Positions 25,416-32,000 of a DNA stretch of 32,000 bases are shown piece after piece; the first letter of the stretch is position 1, and each line of letters begins with the position of its first letter. The stretch lies in contig NC_014833.1 of the NCBI RefSeq assembly GCF_000179635.2, positions 3,570,001 to 3,602,000 of the forward strand, in the 5' to 3' direction. This DNA comes from Ruminococcus albus 7 = DSM 20455. Lineage in GTDB: Bacteria > Bacillota > Clostridia > Oscillospirales > Ruminococcaceae. Made by a program: the position numbers and the translations under genes. The notes below the pieces were generated by a model. That model was given only the letters and a program-made list of their open reading frames with translations, was not told the origin of the DNA and did not search any database.

Positions 25416-25491
25416 ATTTACCGTAGCGTCTTGTTTTCCAACTATGACATCTCTTATCAAACAACTAACAAGTTGTTAACGTATGTATAAT

Positions 25492-25520
25492 ATTTTACTC
25501 CATTTTTCGATATCTGTCAA
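25492..25520 (-). promoter_or_regulatory. Putative promoter of the GNAT gene, followed by a 7-4-7 inverted repeat
   Basis: The minus strand reads TTGACA, then 17 nt, then TAAAAT. Downstream, aacaact-aaca-agttgtt (about 25460-25478) is operator-like. Confidence 0.5.
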
Positions 25521-25562
25521 GGAAAAATAAACGCCTAATTCTTGGTGATATTGCCTATTGTA

Positions 25563-25595
25563 ACAAAAATAAGGCAGGGACGATCGCCCTGCCTT
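25563..25595 (-). terminator. Rho-independent terminator after guaB
   Basis: The minus strand reads aaggcaggg / cgatcgt / ccctgcctt followed by atttttg. Confidence 0.75.
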
Positions 25596-25610
25596 GTATA
25601 ATTGTTTGAA

Positions 25611-27125
<1,515 letters not shown>

Positions 27126-27148
27126 TTATTTACTTATAATATCATATA

Positions 27149-27177
27149 ATAATACACGATTTTCTTTGATTTGTCAA
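27149..27177 (-). promoter_or_regulatory. Putative guaB promoter
   Basis: The minus strand reads TTGACA, then 17 nt, then TATTAT. It lies about 55 nt upstream of the start codon. Confidence 0.6.
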
Positions 27178-27455
27178 CAGAAAATTTGCAAAATAAATAT
27201 TAATTTCACCCATGCCGAAAACGCCCTCATATCACAGTTCTGCAGTAATGTATCCATTTTTTTACACTCGCGTAAAGTCCCGATTTTTCGGCAAATTTGT
27301 GCGACACTTACAAAAATCAAACAAGAAATTCTACACTGTGGATATACTTACGGGTATAGCCAAAAAACGTTATCTGAGTTATAATTATCATGTATTAAAT
27401 TATTCACAGAAAGAATGGAGATGTATTGTAAGACGGATACCCATATAGAAGTTTT

Positions 27456-27493
27456 GCCCCCAAGCGTTTAAGCGCTCAGGGGCATTCTTTTTT
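27456..27493 (+). terminator. Orphan plus-strand terminator-like hairpin in a 470-bp intergenic region
   Basis: gcccccaagcg / ttta / agcgctcaggggc (imperfect stem) followed by attctttttt. No annotated plus-strand gene lies upstream. Confidence 0.45.
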
Positions 27494-27593
27494 ATACGGT
27501 TGCTAAGATAAATCAGAATTTATCAGCATAATCCAAAATGATTTGCTATAACATCACATACTTCTTCCCTTGTATCTTTCCCATTATCTTCTC

Positions 27594-28187
27594 TTACAAC
27601 CGTGAAAAAACCACTATTTGCAAATTCATCATAGTGTTTTTGCTGTTGATAAGAGCAAGTCCGCGCCTATAATTCTCCATTACTGCTTCGGGATCATCGC
27701 AGCTATCAATAACATTTAATAGAAAAAGTTTGTCAGGGTCGCTTCTGTCAAAGAAACGCTCAACACTCATAGACTGCGGTGAAAGCATAACTGCAACATG
27801 ATGATAATCTGATATTTCTTTGAGCAAATCTAACGGTATATTGGTATCAACTATAACCGTTTTCTCTCTTGAAATTGAAATAAGTTCTGCTATTTCAAAC
27901 TCCGCAGCTTCTCTCCCGACACTAAATATCCACCGTTCATATTCTTCCGGAGAGCGGGTTACAAAGTCTTTCCAATCAGTAAGATTGTTTACGTAACAGA
28001 TATCAGGCTGTACTTCTGGTGTCGCCACAATATCAGATATTTGACTGTGATAGTTTTCACCGCAGAATATCATGTCATATCGGTCAGCAAGCATTTTTAC
28101 CATCGTTGATTTTCCGGCATAAGCTGTTCCAGTTATAAAATATACATTTTTAAGATAATGCTTTAGAATGTTGTTTTCGATTTTCAT
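27594..28187 (-). CDS. P-loop NTPase / small-molecule-kinase-like protein, function unknown
   Basis: Start set at MKIENNILK (AAGGTGGA RBS 5 nt upstream). Walker A GTAYAGKST sits about 20 aa from the N-terminus. The size of about 197 aa is typical of nucleotide or antibiotic kinase folds. Confidence 0.7.
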   Translation of the reverse strand: MKIENNILKHYLKNVYFITGTAYAGKSTMVKMLADRYDMIFCGENYHSQISDIVATPEVQPDICYVNNLTDWKDFVTRSPEEYERWIFSVGREAAEFEIAELISISREKTVIVDTNIPLDLLKEISDYHHVAVMLSPQSMSVERFFDRSDPDKLFLLNVIDSCDDPEAVMENYRRGLALINSKNTMMNLQIVVFSRL

Positions 28188-28227
28188 AGTAATCCACCTT
28201 GATAAATTCCGATTTATGTTCGTAACA

Positions 28228-28256
28228 ATTATAGCATAACATTGCCGCACTGTCAA
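28228..28256 (-). promoter_or_regulatory. Consensus promoter of the P-loop NTPase gene
   Basis: The minus strand reads TTGACA, then 17 nt (gtgcggcaatgttatgc), then TATAAT. Confidence 0.6.
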
Positions 28257-28302
28257 TAAAAACGCCATAGTACTTCTGACTGTAAATCAGAAATACTATG
28301 GC
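28257..28302 (-). repeat. Second copy (inverted orientation) of the gccatagta...tactatggc hairpin
   Basis: The minus strand reads gccatagtatttctgat-ttacag-tcagaagtactatggc-gttttt. This is the same as 23880-23923 apart from the loop. Confidence 0.75.
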
Positions 28303-28315
28303 TTAAAACTTCTAT

Positions 28316-29215
28316 ATGAGTATCTTTCTTATGAATCGCACATATTTATTTGCTGCCGCAGCGGCACTGATACTTGCAGGCTGCGGTTCGTTGACCGAGC
28401 GCCCTGCGGACAGTAATGAAAGTTCTAAGAACGTAAAGTCCTCTGATACGGCAGTCAGCAGCACAGCCGAGGTATCCTCTGAGGAAACAGAAGAAAGTCC
28501 GGCTGAAGCGCAGGAAGAAAGTTCCTCCGCCGATGACAGCAGTGATGTGACAGATAGCATCGCGGAAACTTCCGATGAGAGCAAAAACGATGGCATGGCG
28601 GGTCAGTTCACAGGCGGACTTGACGATGACGGCAAAGGTCCCGATGAGAACCATTTCGGGACAGAAGTCGGATTTGCTCCCGGTATATGGTGGGCATTCT
28701 GTAACAGCGGCGATATCTACTATGAATTCTCTACAGACGGCACAGGTATGAGGATCTATCAGGCAGACGGCTTCAAAGAAGGGTTCACCTATGAAATGAA
28801 AGACGGCTATGCTGTTTTCTATTTTGCAGGCAACGCAGGGGGCACTGATGAATATACCCGGGCAAAAGCAGAAGACCGCGGTGACGGTGCGTTACTGACC
28901 TTTGAAAATGACAGCCATACCGAGGAACTTGTATACAGAGACAATATCAGCTTTGACGATTTCAGCTTCTACACAAATAAAGAACTTGAAGATATGGCAA
29001 GGGAATACTGCAAGCAGCACAGTGATTCAGGCTATGAACCCGAATTCTGCGATGTTTCACAGTCAGATTCCAATACAGATATAGTTATACACCTATATGA
29101 TATATTTGACGATCATTCAGCCACTGTAGCATGGTACTATGTTGACCGTTTCACAGGCAAAGGCAAGGATCTTATGGATAAGGAAGTTGATCTTTCCACA
29201 GCGCTGAAAGGCTGA
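28316..29215 (+). CDS. Lipoprotein of unknown function
   Basis: Lipobox LILAGC after a hydrophobic stretch, then a long S/E/D-rich linker, then a globular domain of about 190 aa. The start is ambiguous (ATG 28316 or MNRTY at 28331) and neither has a clear RBS. Confidence 0.7.
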   Translation: MSIFLMNRTYLFAAAAALILAGCGSLTERPADSNESSKNVKSSDTAVSSTAEVSSEETEESPAEAQEESSSADDSSDVTDSIAETSDESKNDGMAGQFTGGLDDDGKGPDENHFGTEVGFAPGIWWAFCNSGDIYYEFSTDGTGMRIYQADGFKEGFTYEMKDGYAVFYFAGNAGGTDEYTRAKAEDRGDGALLTFENDSHTEELVYRDNISFDDFSFYTNKELEDMAREYCKQHSDSGYEPEFCDVSQSDSNTDIVIHLYDIFDDHSATVAWYYVDRFTGKGKDLMDKEVDLSTALKG

Positions 29216-29223
29216 TGACGGGG

Positions 29224-29252
29224 TTGACAATATCTGCGGTCAGGTGTATAAT
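29224..29252 (+). promoter_or_regulatory. Consensus promoter of the N-terminal-dockerin gene
   Basis: TTGACA, then 17 nt (atatctgcggtcaggtg), then TATAAT. It lies 38 nt upstream of ATG 29290. Confidence 0.6.
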
Positions 29253-29289
29253 ATATTAATATCTTTTGATACCCGGGAGGAAATTATAC

Positions 29290-30213
29290 ATGAACAAACT
29301 GATCATGACCGCAGTATCGCTTATATGTGCCTGCAGTATCTCTGCCTATGCAGACGGTGCATCTGCTGCAAAGGGCGATGTGAACGGTGACGGCGCTGTG
29401 ACCATTACTGATGTTTCAAAGATCGCTGCACATATAAAAACTAAAAAAATGATTCAAGGCGAAAGCCTGCAGAATGCCGATGTCAACTACGACGGCAAGG
29501 TAAATATATCAGACCTTTCACTCACAGCAGCTTACATAAAAGGCAAAAAAACTTTTCCTGATGACCCTCGTATCGCTGACGAAACTTTCAAGGGCTATGA
29601 TGCCTTCCTTATGTTCGCTGACGGCAGTATGAACTGGGGCAACTGGAACGGTCAGGGCTATTACAGCGCACCATCCTTCGGTGATGATGCTGATATCACC
29701 AATGACGGTGTCTACAGTGTCAGCATAACCAAAAAAAGCATAACCGCCAAGGACGATACGGGAACGAATCCTTCACTTTTATACGGTTCTGACGGCAGCC
29801 TGCTCCCCGCTAAAGGCTGTACTATGCTCTGTGTAGATATCACAGGTCTTCTCGACGGCACCCTTGCCGCTGACGGAAGTGAGCTTGAAGGTTTCCTTAA
29901 AAGCGGTAATGATGCAAATGTCAATAAACACGTCAAAGGCAAATTCAGGGGAGATGAATTGAATGTGACTGTCACAGGCATAGCCATTGACGGGAACTAT
30001 ATCGAATTTGACCCCTCTAAGATACGCTACGGAAACCTTGATGAAGAGGATAACTGCTATCGTATATGCATAGCTGACCTCCTGTCAGGCTCTGCCGAAG
30101 ATGCAGCCATAGATACCGGCAATCTCAGCTTTAAAAATAGTATCACCGTTGAATTCAGTATATCAGGTATAGATAAAAATGAACATACCTCATATGATGA
30201 TATTTTCGGCTGA
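29290..30213 (+). CDS. Secreted protein with an N-terminal dockerin and a C-terminal domain of unknown function
   Basis: Start at MNKLIMTAVSLICACSISAYA (GGGAGGA RBS). GDVNGDGAVTITDVSKIAAHIK...ADVNYDGKVNISDLSLTAAYIKG are the two dockerin segments. About 215 aa of unassigned sequence follow. Confidence 0.8.
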   Translation: MNKLIMTAVSLICACSISAYADGASAAKGDVNGDGAVTITDVSKIAAHIKTKKMIQGESLQNADVNYDGKVNISDLSLTAAYIKGKKTFPDDPRIADETFKGYDAFLMFADGSMNWGNWNGQGYYSAPSFGDDADITNDGVYSVSITKKSITAKDDTGTNPSLLYGSDGSLLPAKGCTMLCVDITGLLDGTLAADGSELEGFLKSGNDANVNKHVKGKFRGDELNVTVTGIAIDGNYIEFDPSKIRYGNLDEEDNCYRICIADLLSGSAEDAAIDTGNLSFKNSITVEFSISGIDKNEHTSYDDIFG

Positions 30214-30220
30214 TGCTGAC

Positions 30221-30355
30221 CTCATTTCCAAAGACTTCTATTTCTATTTGGCAGGGGCAGACATTCTCTCAAAGAACAGAGAATGTCTGCCTTTTGCTAT
30301 GCTATAAAAGTATAGCTGCCCCTGCCAAATAGAGTTAAAAGTTTTCGGAAATGAG
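30221..30355. repeat. Nested inverted-repeat element (long outer arms enclosing a terminator-like hairpin and a small hairpin)
   Basis: Outer arms: ctcatttcc...ctatttggcaggggcag pairs with ctgcccctgccaaatag...ggaaatgag. Inner hairpin: gcagacattctct/caaagaac/agagaatgtctgc followed by cttttg. Small hairpin: gctata/aaag/tatagc. Confidence 0.7.
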
Positions 30356-30358
30356 TTT

Positions 30359-30418
30359 GAGGGAAACCCTTTTTCAAAAGGGTTTCCCTCAATAATGATC
30401 ACAAACGTTCTGTATGGG
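30359..30418. repeat. Hairpin plus conserved tail repeat, copy B (copy A at 12323-12382)
   Basis: gagggaaaccctt/tttcaa/aagggtttccctc followed by aataatgatcacaaacgttctgtatggg. Confidence 0.7.
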
Positions 30419-30435
30419 TACCCGCAGAGGTGGTA

Positions 30436-31287
30436 TCACACGCCGTGATGTTCCTTACCTGCTGTGAGAGTATTTTTCATTAGCATAGCGATAGTCATGG
30501 GGCCGACGCCGCCGGGTACGGGAGTTATGAAGCCTGCTTTTTCTTTGCAGTCCTCAAAGTCAACGTCACCGCACAGCTTGCCGTTTTCATCGCGGTTCAT
30601 ACCAACGTCGATAACTACAGCACCCTCCTTGATATAGTCAGCAGTGACCATCTTAGCTCTGCCTACAGCAGCGACAAGTATATCAGCCCTTGCGCATACC
30701 TCTTTAAGGTTCTTGGTCTTTGAATGTGTGATAGTAACAGTGCCGTTCTCATGCAGCAGCAGCATAGCCTGGGGCTTGCCCACGATATTGCTTCTGCCGA
30801 TAACTACGCACTCCTTGCCTGCAACTTCTGTGCCTGTAGACTTTATAAGCTCCATAACGCCCGCAGGTGTGCAGGGCAGGAAGCTGTAATCACCTATCAT
30901 TATCTTGCCCACATTTACAGGGTGGAAAGCGTCAACGTCCTTGTCGGGGCGGATGTTGTTAATGATTATCTTATCATCAAGGTGCTTTGGCAGAGGGAGC
31001 TGTACAAGTATACCGTCCACCTTGTCATCCTTGTTGAGCTTGTCTACCAGCGCCAGAAGTTCTTCCTCGGTAGTTTCAGCAGGCAGTGCATACTTGTATG
31101 AATTGAATCCTACAGCCTCGCAAGCCTTTTCCTTGTTCTTTACGTACACCTGTGAAGCAGGGTCGTCACCGACTATAACTACTGCCAGACCTATCTCGAT
31201 GCCCTTGGCCTTCAGTGCCTCGACTTCCTGTCTGATGCCTTCTTTTACCTGTGCCGATACTGCCTTGCCGTCGATTATGTTTGCCAT
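30436..31287 (-). CDS. folD: Bifunctional methylenetetrahydrofolate dehydrogenase / methenyl-THF cyclohydrolase
   Basis: [16 protein letters not shown]...[23 protein letters not shown]...ILVQLPLP...[12 protein letters not shown]...[15 protein letters not shown] are canonical FolD motifs. Confidence 0.95.
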   Translation of the reverse strand: MANIIDGKAVSAQVKEGIRQEVEALKAKGIEIGLAVVIVGDDPASQVYVKNKEKACEAVGFNSYKYALPAETTEEELLALVDKLNKDDKVDGILVQLPLPKHLDDKIIINNIRPDKDVDAFHPVNVGKIMIGDYSFLPCTPAGVMELIKSTGTEVAGKECVVIGRSNIVGKPQAMLLLHENGTVTITHSKTKNLKEVCARADILVAAVGRAKMVTADYIKEGAVVIDVGMNRDENGKLCGDVDFEDCKEKAGFITPVPGGVGPMTIAMLMKNTLTAGKEHHGV

Positions 31288-31368
31288 ATTAATGACCTCC
31301 TTATTTTTATGGATATCCCCTCTGTATCATCACTATTTTTATTGCAAGTCAACATAGTTGATCAGATA

Positions 31369-32000
31369 TTACTTATCCTTTTCGCTGTCCTTATTCTCGT
31401 CCTCATCGTCATCATCGAGTATGGACTTATAACCCTCATCGGGCACCTCAGTCTTATCCTTTTCAACAGCAGCTTTTAGTGCTTCCTTCTGAGCCTTGAT
31501 CGCTTCCTTGCCGAACTTCTTGTTATATTCCTTTTCCAGCTCTGCAAAGCTCTCGCCCTTGTGCTTAGCCTCAGCTATCTTCTTTTTCAGCTCTTTCTTT
31601 TCCTTCTGCATATCCTCATAGCCTGCATATTCTGCCAGCTGAGCCTTTGAAACCTCAGTTTCATAGAAGAACTTGTAATTGCCCGAACGCTTTGTGATGC
31701 TGCGGAAAACTATCCACAGTACGATAGATGCTACCACGCAGGTACCTGCTACCAGCTGTGATACCCTTATATGTCCAAGATACAGCGAGTCTGTTCTCAG
31801 ACCCTCGATGAAAAATCTGCCCAGACCGTACCAGCCTGTGTACATCAGGAATATCTCACCGTCAAACTTGCGGTGCTTGAAGTACAGATGCAGTATTATG
31901 AATCCCGCAAGACACCACAGGCTCTCATACAAAAAGCAGGGATGTACGGGCGCGAATGCGTCAGTATCCGTCAGAGTGTCATAATGATCCGAAAGGAAAC
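31369..32000 (-). CDS. lgt: Prolipoprotein diacylglyceryl transferase (3' part; continues past the window end) with a long charged C-terminal tail
   Basis: Hand translation upstream of the ORF-track TTG stays open to base 32000 (...[33 protein letters not shown]...). [11 protein letters not shown] and [14 protein letters not shown] are Lgt motifs. After the last TM helix there are about 108 aa of K/E/D-rich sequence. Confidence 0.85.
   Translation of the reverse strand, partial: FLSDHYDTLTDTDAFAPVHPCFLYESLWCLAGFIILHLYFKHRKFDGEIFLMYTGWYGLGRFFIEGLRTDSLYLGHIRVSQLVAGTCVVASIVLWIVFRSITKRSGNYKFFYETEVSKAQLAEYAGYEDMQKEKKELKKKIAEAKHKGESFAELEKEYNKKFGKEAIKAQKEALKAAVEKDKTEVPDEGYKSILDDDDEDENKDSEKDK

Noticed and set aside
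27212-27448. 78-aa plus-strand ORF in the guaB / P-loop intergenic region
   Set aside because: It has no RBS, a composition dominated by K/Y/F/R/S from A+T-rich DNA, and no motif. I treated the region as non-coding (see the candidate small transcript finding).

Overview
This looks like a chromosomal segment from a Gram-positive anaerobe of the Clostridia. It is most likely a cellulosome-type Ruminococcus relative, because two secreted proteins carry tandem Ca-binding dockerin repeats. I saw no rRNA, tRNA, CRISPR array, transposase or integrase.

Layout:
- 1-12012, minus strand: a long operon with a consensus promoter and a leader of about 200 nt. It encodes two LolD/MacB-type ABC ATPases (one with an AbrB/SpoVT-like tail), a roughly 980-aa solute-binding protein with two CBM-like beta-sandwich modules, two MalF/MalG-type permeases, an anchored NHL/TPR protein, a Yip1-like membrane protein, a 795-aa secreted protein of unknown family, and the start of another permease.
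- 12428-13678, minus strand: an LRR-dockerin protein.
- 13927-20788, plus strand: pdxK and trmL, then a tandem array of six genes (eight modules) of a paralogous two-TM protein family, then a DegV-family gene.
- 20850-32000: housekeeping and accessory genes. These are PTS enzyme I, cbiB, a membrane protein, a GNAT acetyltransferase, guaB, a P-loop NTPase, a lipoprotein, a protein with an N-terminal dockerin, folD and a partial lgt.

The two best candidates for something undescribed are the paralog array at 15511-19870 and the atypical ABC/surface-protein operon at 1-12012. The array grew by local duplication that copied the trmL 3' end. Several short structured repeats occur in the intergenic regions. 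All family assignments come from reading motifs by eye. No database search was run.
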